Shown: positions 36,262 through 51,200 of the stretch, one piece after another
Layout of the letters: every line of letters begins with the position of its first letter
Numbering within the stretch: the stretch's first letter is position 1
Assembly: GCF_031769215.1 (NCBI RefSeq)
Contig: NW_026782083.1
Coordinates: forward strand, 620,001-684,000
Direction: 5' to 3'
Length of the DNA stretch: 64,000 bases
DNA from: Ylistrum balloti
Lineage: Eukaryota
Made by a program: the position numbers and the translations under genes
Notes under the pieces: model-generated
Seen by the model: the letters and a program-made list of their open reading frames with translations, nothing else
What the model was told of the DNA's origin: nothing
Database searches by the model: none

Positions 36262-39200
36262 TCACTTTCTGACATGCACACCTTGAAATCCATGACTGGT
36301 CAGCTGACCTTCATCATAGGCCCTCCGTCCTTCCTCACCTGTATTGGAAAACAAAATAATACAATGTAAACAAAATATAAAGTCTGATTTAATCCAGTTG
36401 ACAGGAAACAATGAACAGAATAAGTGTATTCTGAAAATGTGGGACAGGGGAGATAACTCACCAAGAGACACAAGTGCTTCCTTTGCCTTGACTCTTACTG
36501 ACTGAGAAGTGTCTGTGTGACAGATGTAAGCTAATTGGTCTATTCCCTCTGAAGCCTGAAAACAAAATGTCAAAGGTTGATTATCATTCAAAATTCTAAG
36601 TATTACCATCAACATTAAACTACAGTATCATTGGTGTCAGCCAACCGTATCATAAGGTATCTTGGTATCAAAGGTGTCAACCAACGGTATTTTAAGGTAT
36701 CTCAGTATCACAGGTGTCAACCAACAGTACCTTAAAGTATCTGCAGTATCATAGGTGTCAACCAACCGAGTAATAAGGTATCTCAGTATCACAGGTGTCA
36801 ACCAGCAGTACCTTAAAGTATCTACAGTATCACAGGTGTCAACCAGCCGTACCTTAAAGTATCTAAAGTATCACAGGTGTCAACCAACAGTACCTTAAAG
36901 TATGTCAGTATCACAGGTGTCAATCAACTGTGTAATAAGGTATCTCAGTATCACAGGTGTTAACTGACAGTATCTTAAAGTATCTACAGTATCACAGGTG
37001 TTAACTGACAGTATCTTAAAGTATCTACAGTATCACAGGTGTCAACCAACAGTATCTTACCTCTAACAAGGAGAGAGCTATACAGGATCCTGCCCGGATC
37101 TCTGATGTCTTATCCTCCAGACCCTCCACAAACACCACAATGGCCTACACAGATATATAAAACAGGTTAACACAAACAATACAAACATTCTTTCATTTAA
37201 CATAAAGTTATCATTATTTCAAACATTTCAATTAATAATAATTGATAATTAAAAACAATTACAGAAAATTATCATATTTTTTCTGTGAATCATACTGCCA
37301 AATGTTGGTGATGCAGTTTCACCAAAAATGACTTATCCTTAAAACCAATATTTAAATGATTAGATAAAAGGCTGCCTTCAAATGGATCAAGCTGTCAAAT
37401 GGTAGCACCTTTGTGTACACCTAAAAAGTGCGTACACTGGATCAGTAAAGAGTAGCCAAACACCACCCACCTTTGTTCTCTCATCACTCTTCATGTTGAT
37501 AAGGTTCAGGTAGGATGCTGAAACAGAAAAAATGTCTTTAAAAATATGTTTGATCTAACTATCCTGTCTGATCATCTATGCAGGAATACATGTTCAATTA
37601 ATATTATTGAAAGTTAGAATCAAATCATTGTTCTTGAACAGAACAAGAAATCCTTATGAGCTCATTACAGATCAAACCACAGAATCAAGAGCATCACTGA
37701 CCTAGACACTTCTGGACCTCCTGGCTCTTGGACACCAGCAATGCACCCATAACCTTGAGACATGGTGACGAGGGAAGTTCATCTCGCAGTGAAAGGATTG
37801 TCTTAATCACAGCATCAGGGTTAGTGGAGCAGAGCTGTTCTATCATGTGTACTGTAGACAGAAATACAAAACTAGTAAATCACAAACATCTCGTGATCAA
37901 TACCAGACCTCAAATGTTTCTGCAACAGATACATTTGTAACATATATTACTATATGGTGTACTTATAATTATCGACCAAATTCAACACTTAAATATCCGT
38001 CAAATTTTGATGAATAATTTGGCTAGTAGTTTCCATTCAGTGTATAATAGATCATAGATCTTAAAGGTTTTATAATCACTACCAAAAATGTTCACCTTCA
38101 CCAAGAGTTTCTTTGTAAGTAACTTACAATCCAAGGCCACTCCATCCACATTGGCAAAGCCTCCCTCATCCTTAAAGTAGCGCATGAACTGGTGAAGGGT
38201 GACTACACATGTCGATTTGATCTTTTCTGGGTCGTAATTAGGTACGTCCAATATTCTCATCACTAGGTGTCTTAATACTGCAAGAAAATCATTCATTTCA
38301 ATCACAGGTGCAATCACAGATGTAACAATCACCTGTCCAAAAATTTATGATATGTTCAATTAGCACTGTAATGGAATGCATATACCTAAAGAAATATAAA
38401 CATATCCTTAAAGTATTTGTTTGGAAATCTTGATACAATGTACAAATGATTGCCTTCCGATTAATACTACCTTTCTTAGGTTCCTTGTTGTATTTCGACT
38501 GAAGCTGTGGGCCATATTTCTGCTCCAAACAGGTCACTAATTTCTCAGGATGTACATACAGAACATTGTGGTCTGTACACCGTGCCCAGAATTCTCGTAG
38601 ACTTTTGTCGTCTGTCAACTCCGTCATCACTGTCCAAAGAACATGCAAAATATTACATATACTACGGATGTCAAAACACAAGGAGGCGAACCTTATTTTA
38701 CGCCAGACTCTAACATACTGTGAAAGTCTTGCATCCCCAAAAGACTCATTTCTGTTGTCTTTATTTTACATTTTTAATGATAGAAATGATTCAGCCAGAT
38801 AAAATGAGAAGTAAAAGTCAGATTCCAAGGTCCGAAATGGATATGAAATGCAAGAAAACCACCAATTTAAAAATTCAGCTATCAATAAGACTTGGCAAAT
38901 TTAAGCATGTAAATAGTATATTTGTACAAGAATACCATGGTGTTCATAACATGGTTACTTAAAATTAAAATTTCAATTAAAACTTTAAATTCTGTAAATG
39001 GTATTAGATGTTTTATTGTAAATCAATCTCAGATTACGACAGAGAGGCCATAATGGTGATAAATCAAACCGCATCAGGAAGTCTGGTGTATCAAGAGATA
39101 GAAACAGTTGTGACCTACCTGACAGTAGATCAACCACTGCATCTGTACTGGCAACCTTTATCAGGTGCCCAATGATCTCTGCCTGTTTCTGTAACTTATC

Positions 39201-42200
39201 TAATGCATAGATTTCACGACATTTGAGTGGACCAAAGTTACCAAGGCTCTGCAATAAAAGACATAATAAATTACTTTTGGAGAATGAAATTGAAAAAATA
39301 AGATTGATCCATTTTCTGACACATCTCAATTCCAGCCTGTTTGGTATTAACAAATCTTATTTATGTCCAAAATGAGCCTCTCTAATATTCTATTTTTATC
39401 AACTCTTTGCTGTGTGAATTTTGATGTATAGTTCACAAACTCATTGTAATAATTACACCACTGCAAATATAAATCTCTAATAAATAATAAATGTTGAGTA
39501 TTACAGTTTTAAACATGAGATGTCCTACCTCGAGTAGGCGTTCACAGTACACAAGGTGGTATATTAGGGCGTGGTCCACTTGGTCGTTCCCTGTAGTGGG
39601 AGGTAGAGGACTAGATCCTTCACTTGACCCCAGCTGTGTATCCTCACTCAGGCGCTTGGCCAATGATTCAATTCCAGAGTCTGCTGTCTTAGCGGTTGAT
39701 TCAGGACTGGATATGATATTATCAAATGCCGCTTGGTCTCTAAGGTATATTTTGAAAGGTATTAGATACAATTGCACACAATGTTTCACGAAATGAAATT
39801 TAAATTAGAAATCTATTTACATATAGAATAAATTTTGAAATCTAATGGGTTTCCAAATGCAATAATGACGAGTTGATACTTACACTTGAGGTTCAGCTTC
39901 CTCTACTGTTGTTTCCTCGGTGTTGAGGAAGTCGAATGCTTCCAGAGCACTCTCTATTGATATACTGATACTGGATGAGCGTGAGCTACACCGAGACTCC
40001 TTCTGTAAACAAAAAATACTGGTAATGTAAGTAACCTGATATCGGTATGTACCCCTCTTTTATAAAAAGACTGTTAAAATAATAATAAATTATCCAAAGA
40101 GACAACAATTACAAAGGAAATTAACCTAAATGTTGTTGCATGTATATTAACTTTCTGGCTTCGAAATATGCAAGATCTACTAACGAGAATCATGTTATAT
40201 TCACACACTACTGAAACCTGCCACCTTTCCAGAGTGTTACAGTCTTACCCTGAGTACATGTTCCAGAGTAACTACCACATCCTCCAGTTGCTCCAGTTCA
40301 CGGTACTGTCCGTGGAAATCCTCTAGGGCAGTCTGCAGGGAATTGAGAGCATCTTCCACTGTCTGTGGTTCCTCCCTGACAGGGGTCCCACTGTGACTGG
40401 ATGCCACAGGGAAGTGAAGGTGGTTAAACACAGAAGATGGCAGTGTGGAGTGTGAGAGGACTGGGGATGAAGGATGAACTGGGGACTGGTGAGTGAGGAG
40501 CCCCTCCCTGGCCAGGGGTGGGGATCGGGACCTGGTCTCTAGAGGTGGGGATGGAGGAGAGGTGAGAGGTTTCTTTGGTTGTACAGGGGAGGATGTGGGA
40601 AGGTTAATCGCACTGGAAAACCCTGAGTCTCTATGTAGAAGCCGACCCTCACTAGAGGGGTACGGAGAGGACTGGGCACTTCCACTACTAGCCGCAGAAG
40701 AACGGAATAGAAAATTGTCATCCTTAGTGAGTGATAGAGGTGTTGAGAAGCGTCGCTCCTGTTTTTCTGCTAAACTCATGTAGCTTCCATTCTGTAATAT
40801 AAAAAAATTGTTGTTGTTTGTTTGTTAAGAACTGAATAGCAATTAAAGAGATTACAGAGAACATCAGATTTTAACAGGAAAGTTGATGTAAAGTATGTTT
40901 TTTATCTAATCTTTTAAAAATTCAGAGATTACAGAGGACTTCTGATTTAAACAGAAAAGCTGTCGTGAAGTGTGTTTTTTTATTTAATCTTTTAAAAATT
41001 AAGATCCTGAAGATCAGTCTATGTGAAGTGGATTTCAATATGTACTGATAAGTAACACATCAAACATTACTTACTAACTCGCCATTGAGAGCTAATACAG
41101 ATACAGGACGTCTCCGGGGTGTGTTGGCTGGTCGTACTGGAACCTCAAAGTAGGACATACTCTCCTCCACACCGTCAAGTGGGCTGTACACAAATCAGAA
41201 GAATTTTGTTATAAATCACACACTCAACATTATATTCTTATCTTTTTAACACATTTTGTGAAAACGATTTGCTTCATTGTAATAGTCTATGATAATGATT
41301 GAAAACACATGGCAAATTATTTGATACTGGTGTAATTGTGAAAAAGATCCTTAAAGCTGAGGAAAATGGAAATGAAAATCTGAGTAACAAGATAGATGTA
41401 TATAGACAAAAAACAATCTCCCCTCATAAAAAATAAATATATAAATTTTGCAAACATAAATACTTTAATAAGAGGACTGCCTTTTGACAACAGAAAATCA
41501 TTGAGTTAGGAAAACCAATGCCTACAGTGGTGTTTGACTTACTTCCATGTGATGACAATGCTTAGTTTGAGGGAGCCATTGGTGTTTATGCTGACTGTCA
41601 TCAGCTGAGGGTTGGAGGAGAAAAGGTCACGTGTATCACAGCTCTTCTGACCCAGCAGCACTGACTTAAAACTACGAGCTTCCACACCCTGTTTATATAC
41701 AAACGAAGATCTTATAAACATTTTGGGAAGTTCATATTTCCTGAGGACTTTGATAGCAAAAAGTGAATAATGTTATATCTTCAATCTAATTTTAAAACAA
41801 ATGGATTATCTCCCTTCTTTCCTAATGCAGAAAGTTGAAAATTGAAAATTCAGTACTTATTTTACTGTTAACAAACTTTACTACATAATAGTGGAGATTA
41901 TCACAAAAGACAAATATCTGACCATCCTTCATGGGATTTTCTCTGTGTTTCAAGAAAATTTCGTGACCTGTTGACAAGTAGGTAATTACCTTAATATGTA
42001 TGATGTCGCCCACAAGTGCTTTCAGTGTATACTCTGCATTGTCCCACCTCTGAGCCCCATTCTTTTCTACACGTCCTTTTGACTTCCATTTTTGGGTGCC
42101 ATGTTTTAAAGATATTTCAAATACATCACCTGGACAAAGTCGTGCAAATCCTGCCATTCCTATAAAATAAAGACCAAATATGATGTGGAGCAGAAACTTA

Positions 42201-45200
42201 ACAGTATAACTCATTTTTGATGGGAGAGTCTTTCCATGCCATGTTTGTTTCTCCATCCCTAGCCGAAATGAAGCTAGTAAATCAATGAGTTTCCATGGTA
42301 ATTTATCGTATTGTTAGATTTTTGATTAAATGATATAATTCTGTCATTCTTACATGAACTGGTACACTTATAGTAAATGGAATAATTTCCAATTAAACCT
42401 GATTCCATTAGATAATTTTATGTACTGGAGTTTAACATTATATTATAATATATTATATATTATAACAAAACTGTCTCCTTCTTACCTTTTAATTTACAGT
42501 TAAAAGTTCCCAGCATGGCCTCTAACTGGGCTTCTATAGCACACATTGTCTGTAAGACAGAGGTCAAAAGGTCAAAGTAGTAATTTGAATTTAATTATAA
42601 CATTTCAGTTTCACCTTTAAGCTAAAAACTTAAAAAAATATCTAATCAAATTCAATGAATCAGCAGTTTGGAGCAGAGGCTATCACTGAAACTTAGAGTC
42701 AAGCTTCTATGATCAACAACATTCAAAATGATGATTTCTACGTCAACTGACCTGTACCTGGTTTATAATCACGTACCTGTGAGCACTCCTTCATGCCATA
42801 TCTGACACTGGCCAGTACCTCACGTCGTTTGGCCGGGGAAAGGATATATGCTCGCTGCATGGTTTTTGTCCCTGAAACAACAAGACATTAATTGTTTACT
42901 GAAAGTAGAGCTTGATTGGATCAAGAATGGTACTATTTAAAATCAAAATTAGTGTTGAACATTTTTCTGTCTATGGATAAACAGACAAAAAAAAAAGAAC
43001 CCCCTGCTTCCAGTAAACCTCCCAGTTCCTCCTGAGAACTCAGTTATCAGTACTGTTTGGGAATACTTCTGGATTATATGTATAAAATACCCAAAAGGAT
43101 ACAAAGATAATGTTGGATTTTCAACTCTTCTCCACCTCTTCCCCCCCCCCCCCCACCCCTACCCCCACCTACTCCCCATTTAAAACCCAACAATTTGGTA
43201 ATAATACATTTTACACCTTCTAATTCTAATTCTTTTTTTCAGAAAGACAATTTAATGTGAAATTGGCACAAATCCTCATTTTTATGATGAATGTAATATT
43301 CAGATTTGCGTGTTTCCTCAACGGAACTCCTATACGACTGTTGTAACAGCCTTAAAATTGCAACAAAAAGTCTCCAAAACCCATCTATCTATACTGGTAA
43401 TAAAGATTTTATGTAATGGTTTATGACATAATATCCTGAACTAGAAATCAATCTATAGAATAACAAAGGCCTTCCTGTAGTAAAATAGTTTTATAGAATT
43501 TCTCTCATGTATCACTAACTCCTACTGGAGAAGACATATTTCAGGATTTGAGTAATGATTCCAGGGGACCTGGGTAGTACAGGGGATTCACACTGGGAGT
43601 GTACAGATACTCTACCACCTTTCTCAAGAATCCATTAATAATGAAAAAAAATATTCCCAATGAGTGTTCATAGATTCGTTTTCTTATTTTGTTTAAAATA
43701 CGAACATTAGAGAAGTACATTAACTGACCTCCTTTTCACAAAATAGGAAGTTAAGGAACATTTCTATATTTCGTGGATTAATTGGAGTCTTGGTATTTTG
43801 ATGATTACTTATGCCTTGAATTATAGCAGGAAAGTTACAAAGTCACATGCCCTGTATTCTCAAAAGTTGACTGTTGTTTTTTTCTTATTCTATATTTTCA
43901 CTTGCGAGATTTATGAAGTTATAGATATATATCTGACAGGGATATATATATATACTTGAATGTCATTGTATTAAAATGTCCTCGATGAATACAAGAATTT
44001 GACAAGATGAGACACTGCAGTGAATGGCACCCCATAAAATACAAAATGTAGATTAATTGCGAAACACGTATCATTTTACAATAATTTACATATATCACCT
44101 CTCTATGTTTGAATTCAATGCACAAGGAGATTTATTGCGGAAGATGACATTCAAATACCTATTAAATGTATGCAACTGGTGTTAAAATCATCAGCAGATC
44201 TCACAATTCACACATAGGAATGTGTATGGCTGCAGGTATTGTGTGCGGCTGGAAATTGTGATAAAATCACTTCAGTTAACATACATCCTCCCTTTACAAA
44301 TTCTAGACAGTTTAAGACAAGCACTTGACAATAATTTTGTTCCACAATCTGTAATGAATTTGAAGATATTGGTTTGTTAAATGCCCCACACTAGTAACGA
44401 TTCAGCTGCTACATTATGACCATGCATTAGTCATTTGTATCTCAATCGTTACTCTGCTTTGATTTCCCGTTCCTATGTGCTCCAGTTTTCTTGTGTCAGA
44501 TTACTCTGCCTTTAAATCAAGCAGTGCCATATCAATAGAACCTCTGACGGCCGAAAAAGCTTGTGAACTTTCTGGGTTACAACATCATGAATTATAAAAC
44601 CTAATCATGTGACCTGATACAAGTTAAGGCCCCCAGATTTGTCTTTAATAGCCTAGCTTGCCCTTTATTTCTCTCTCTTATTGAAGTTTCCTCAGCCTTA
44701 CCAGTGTTTTAAGCCGTTGTGGCTTATTACAAATTTTTAACACATTATCTTTACCGTATTGAATAAACGAACAGATTTTTGTCGTTCTGCAAGATGGTAT
44801 CTGTGAAATGTATTTCTTGTCATATCACTGACGTTTGTATACTATTGCCATATGACTCATATTCCTGGGACAACATACCTTCTCGTAGTTGTTGTTGAAC
44901 CAAATAGCAATCATGGAGCTCTTCAATCTGTAAAACCAGACAACACCGCCTAAATTATCATGATGTACTTGCAATGGAATGAAAAGAACTCGTAAGATCT
45001 GAATTATAGTTAAACTATAAAGATCACAAATTTGAAATGGCTAGGATCAGTACTTTCTTGATTATATGAAAGTAATGTTGAACCAAAAAAAAAAAAAAAA
45101 AAACTATATACATGTACTTTATTGTAGGATCCTAAAACACTTTAAGATGATTTTTGGGGATGTGACATATAGTCAGGCTGAAAGGCAGTGTTATAATGAA

Positions 45201-48200
45201 TATCAAACTGATTTAAACTATTGTGAATAAAAATTTAGATAATATGAAAATATCTTACAAAAAGTGTGTAGAAATTGTGTATTGTTATCAGTTAGGGTAC
45301 CCAACAGCAACTTCCCATGTGACCTGACATATCACAGACACACATATCTATATACAAATCATCTACATGTGCTGTCTATTGATTTCCTGTTATACTAATA
45401 TTGTACATGTCAGTATGTAAGGCATTCACCCCAGTAATTCCATCCAAGTATGGTAAACCTGAGGCCAACATTTAAACAAGTGTCAAACTAGCTGTGTTGT
45501 GATTCTAGTCACAAACATCTGTTACACCAAAACCTCATTTGTTCTGATGTATTGAATACATTTATTCTTTCTGGAAACATTAAAGAATTGCCACAAGGAA
45601 TTGCTACTGTGATACGTTTTAAGTACTTGTAAAGCATTATAAATTTGTCATGGGGAAACTTGAAAGAAAGGTTGGAATTCTGAAGATCATATTTGGAACA
45701 CCATTTCTTACAAAGAATGATAATTGACATTGAGTCATAATTTATTTCTATAAATTAATGTCAGTTCTCAGCTGATATTATGAGTCTCAATCTATGTTGG
45801 TGCCACCTAATGTGATACAGTATATGTTCTCGTTTATTTTGGTTTTAGTTTAATTATCAGCTTTCATGAAGGAACATAAGACAATATTGAATCTGTATGT
45901 ATGATAGATTTATGTGTATGGAATACAAACCTTCGATAGATGGAACTCTAGTCTCTTCATGTAACGCTCAGCTGCTTTAATTTGCTGAAAATATAACATA
46001 GACCATGCATCATCAACTGAAATGTCCACACTATTATAAAATGTCCCAAATGGTTTGTTTATTTGGACTTAAGTGGTCAGTCTTGTGTTGGGAAGAAATA
46101 TGAAAATCAATTTTATAAACAAGAGCTTTACTTAATCTGTTCTCATTATCTTATTAAAAAACTGAACGGTTACCATAACAACACATAAACCCTAGTTCAG
46201 CATGCAGTCTTAGGTCTTAAGAAAACATTCTCCAGTTTTAAATATAGCATTAGATACATTGTATCTTAAAACCTGACCTTGATATTTTTAAACTAAGGAA
46301 CTGTGGAATACTTTTTTTATCATGTTGTACTCAGTGACTCTCTTTTGGATGAAATCTAATGCAAAAAATGATAGTCATACCGCCTCTTCACTAACATCGT
46401 TATGCAAAATCAATTATTTGTGATTGTGTGACTGACCCAGCTAAAAGGCCATCTAGGACATTACAGTGAGTCAGATGAACCATAAATATTGTATAATTAT
46501 CAAAACGGCCATGTTAGATAGAGCTATTGTAGGAGATGATCACAGAAATTCTGGTAATAAAGAGGATGTGCTGCCTCTATATGACTGACGGTGATGACAG
46601 CAACTCTGCCTTTTGAAACTACAAGTGCAGAGACTATTAATGAGAAACCTTAAGGACGAAATGGATTAAAGATTAGAAAAGTATGTCAGTGTTTCAACAT
46701 TAAAGTAGCCTTAGAAATGGATATTTCCACCACACTTATCATATACAGAAATCTGGGTCATAAAACAAATTGGTGCTAATCCTAGTAAACTTATTTTTCT
46801 CTCATCAAATTTATATCAGCTTGCATGGGTTCAACAAAAGAATAGAGATGACTTGCATCACTGGAGAAAATGATAATTTGGGTCAACTGTATTCAGGGTG
46901 TCTTTAAAACAATATTTAACGAGGGAAAGCATCTTCAAAGGAAATCAATATTTGCCTTTTTAAAGTGATCTTGGACATTGAAATGATAAGAAAGCTCCAG
47001 CTGAATTGATATATATGTCATAATAAGTTCACATCCTGTAAACTCTGGATGGAACTTGGATCAGGTGACCAACAATGGTGAATATAAATACCCATAATTC
47101 ACCAGGACCCACCCTGTCGGTCAATATCAAGTACCTACAGCATTACGGGGAGCTTTGAAGATTCCCAGTCATATATTTCCTCATGTGTCAGGTTAGAACA
47201 AACACATAGCCTGAAGGGGTAGTAAAAAGGTTAATATACTTGTTTGTCCAAGATACATTGCACTGTTATCAGTGTAGGGATTTAGTGTGATGTTTACAAC
47301 TGGGGGACTCTTGACCGCATTGTTATAGAATGGACAACAGTCCCAGCCCCTCAGATAAAGAGATCAATTTCTAACATATAAGGTTGATGAAATGGAAATG
47401 TTGGTCCTACTTTGGCTTTAAAAAAAAGTATACCTGATAAACCTTAGAGGTTTTTAAAATAGCATACAATAATAAAATGTTTAAAATAACAATTAATTCA
47501 TCAAATATTTCTATGTAATATTAAATTTGTAAACATGAATTAGTTTTGATAACTTATGTCCACATGTTAATCCTGACATGTTCAAAATGTAGGGAAAAAG
47601 TAACTTATTTTTACCATATTGAAAGAATCAAAGGGATTTATTGGACATAAACAGAGATGTACACCTACAATATTCATCAAGTAAAGTTGTTTGTATATAT
47701 TTATAGACAAGAAATCCATGTCTATATGGATGCCATTTATCATCAACATCCTAAGGGCAATACTGGATTAAGTTAAAAACATGGAGTCAGCCGACAGTCT
47801 GTTTCAAGGTCAGACTGGATAACAATTAGCTTGTAAAACATTGACATGTATACGCTGGCTTTATTTATATTGGGTGATATCCCAATGTACACAACACCCT
47901 TGCCCATCCCTCATCTAATGGACAGTGCATGAGTGCAATGGTATTAACACATTTCAGCTCTTGGATGAAATTGTCATATGGATTACTTGATGATAACAAA
48001 AAAAACCCTGAAAACATTTACCAGCATAATGGTCCATTATAACCAAAGTTCTTAGGTACATAATATGAAACAATAGAATGGGCTATCAGGCTTGTTTATT
48101 TACAGTCAAACTGGATCTAGTGACAACATGTCCATGACCTGTTCCTAGCATTCAATAGATGAATAAATACTGAAAGTGTAAATCAGTATTGGAAATCTCT

Positions 48201-51200
48201 ACAAACTTGTGATTTTACATCAGGACATTATTGATGTAACATCAAAACAAGACAACTTCCCATGTGTCTGCCTGACTCTCTACTACATCACAACAGGACA
48301 ACTTCCACATGTGTCTGCCTGACTCTCTACTACACCACAACAGGACAACTTCCACATGTGTCTGCCTGACTCTCTACTACACCACAACAGGACAACTTCC
48401 ACATGTGTCTGCCTGACTCTCTACTACACTACAACAGGACAACTTCCCATGTGTCTGCCTGACTCTCTACTACATCACAACAGGACAACTTCCACATGTG
48501 TCTGCCTGACTCTCTACTACACCACAACAGGACAACTTCCCATGTGTCTGCCTGACTCTCTACTACATCACAACAGGACAACTTCCCATGTGTCTGCCTA
48601 TCCCTCTACTACACCACAACAGGACAACTTCCCATGTGTCTGCCTGGCTCTCTAATACATCACAACAGGACAACTTCCCATGTGTCTGCCTGGCTCTCTA
48701 CTACATCACAACTGGACAACTTCCCATGTGTCTGCCTAACTCTACAACATCACAACAGGACAACTTCCCATGTGTCTGCCTGGCTCTTTCCTACAACACA
48801 AAAGGACAACTTCCCAAGTGTCTGCCTGACTCTCTACTACATTACAACATGACAACTTCCCACGTGTCTGCCTGGCTCTCTACTACATCACAACAGGACA
48901 ACTTCCCATGTGTCTGCCTGACTCTCTACTACCTCACAACAGGACAACTTCCCATGTGTCTGCCTGGCTCTCTACTACATCACAACAGGACAACTTCCCA
49001 TGTGTCTGCCTGGCTCTCTACTACATCACAACAGGACAACTTCTCATGTGTCTGCCTGGCTCTCTAATACATCACAACAGGACAACTTCCCATGTGTCTG
49101 CCTGGCTCTGTAGTAATAGTTCCAATAATTATCAGAAATTGTCTGTAGGGATGACTTATAAGACAATTTTTCTTCAGGCACTGTTGCCCATCTTTAATTA
49201 ATCAATTTTTTCATGATAATTTTTTTTTGTATTCATGCTATGCTGTGTCCTAATATCTTCTTGGATTACCAGGTATAATTTCATTACAAAATGATACATT
49301 GCAACAGCCATTTACAAGTACATATGAAGCAAAAACTTCATACTTCAACACAAAGTGACATTTATCTGGTGCAAGCCACCTTGAAATTGACAATGATATT
49401 GATTTTTATCATTGCTTGCCAGCTGTTGATTCTAAATCAATGCCCTCCAATTAGAGGGCTAGTCAATGCTATAATGATGCAGCATTTTTACAATGAATGC
49501 TCCTCTGAACCTATCAGATGGTGCTACAGAGTCTTCTGAAGATGCCTAAATCATACTGTGGCACCACTGATTTTAATACAATGAATATAAAAACTGAGAT
49601 TTAAGATAAGTTTTCTGTTGACATCAGTACCTTGTGTAGTTTACACAGAATCCTGGCATTTCTGATTAATAGGCCAAGATCTCAGAGATTTTGACATTGT
49701 GTTTATTTTCAAGTTTTTGTTTTGTTTTGATTCAGATCATTTTTTTATACAATATGATACTTTAAAGATGGAAGAAAAAAAACTTGGCATTATTTGTGAT
49801 CCTGCTAGACAGCCTATTGCTATGACTGATGCAGTGTTCACTCTACAAGTGCAGGCAGTAAAGAGGTTTCTTAGGACAATTGTTATTATGTCAAATGATA
49901 ATTCCATTGTGTACAAGTGTATTTTATCTAAGATCTCAAAAGCTTAAATGTTAAAAAACTGAAATGGCAACATTGTAGTTTTCTCTCTTTAAATAAAAAC
50001 CCAACATATTGAGGACTCACGATCATGCAAATCAATAATGGTAATGTGTGTTTGAACCATTAAAACATAATATCATACAATGCTGGTTAGAATCTGGGGT
50101 TAAATGGTTTATAAACATGCATTTTAAAATTTTGTTAAGAGCATTTCAATCACACATGCAACATGGTAATCCCAGGTGATGACAAATTTCAGCTTTTACC
50201 GATAAGTGTTGCTATAGTAACCAGGTAATGAATTATTGATGATAATTCAAAACTTCAAAATTTCTTAGTCATCCCTACAACAACAGACCTCTTTGTTAAT
50301 GACTAATAGAGGAATTTACATACAACATCACAGCAAACCAAGTGCACACTACTCATAATCTTTCTGAAATATTTAGGCAGCACAAAGTCTTTTGACTTTT
50401 ATTTTGAAATTTAGAATTTTAATTCACATAATTGAAATACCTACCAAAAATATGCATGACTGATTTAAGTAACGTGACCACTCCCAGTCAAAGACACAAA
50501 CAACCAATCTAAAGAGTTTTAACATTTCAAAACATGCGAAGTCAAGAGACAGCAGCATGGAAAAGAAATATGATGTTACAAAAGAAATTAACTGAAAGGC
50601 AATAATGGCTAATTAACACTGTTAGCAAATTGTGGATGGAAAACAGAATCAAGGTTCACAGATCATGCATCAATATTTCATTTTAAACATTGCAGTTACC
50701 TTGTCTGTTTCATGTAATCGGCCCTGGATATAGGAAAGCACAGAATAGGTTGTAAGATAACGAGTCATTAACATCGTACTAAATAGATACAACTTCAAGA
50801 AATTAGCAACACATTACCAAAGTTTTGTTTTTATTTTTTTATCCAATTTTACTTATGATTTGCACTAGAAGGGGTCAAACACATCCGAAGTCTCAACGAT
50901 CAAAGGCAATGATAATATATATATATACAATATATATACATCTAGATGACAGAGTTGTCCTCCCTTAGGTATGACAATTATAATGAAGGAATCAAACCAC
51001 CTCAGACTCTCAGTTAAAGGAATGTGTGTAATCACCACACAAACCATCTACTTGTTTCAATAAATTACGGATGACAGTGTTGTATGCTCCTGCAATGAAA
51101 GCATGACATGAGCAAAACACAAAGACGTGTTATTCGTTGATGTAAAATGAATTCCTATTTAAATCAGGCACTTCAATTTATTCACAATTAGAGTAAAAAT

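Noticed and set aside
38300-38400. Alternative RIPOR acceptors suggested by the ORF track (38332, 38359, 38385)
   Set aside because: They give the wrong phase or hit stops. Only CTTGCAG|TA at 38277 keeps the frame and family similarity.
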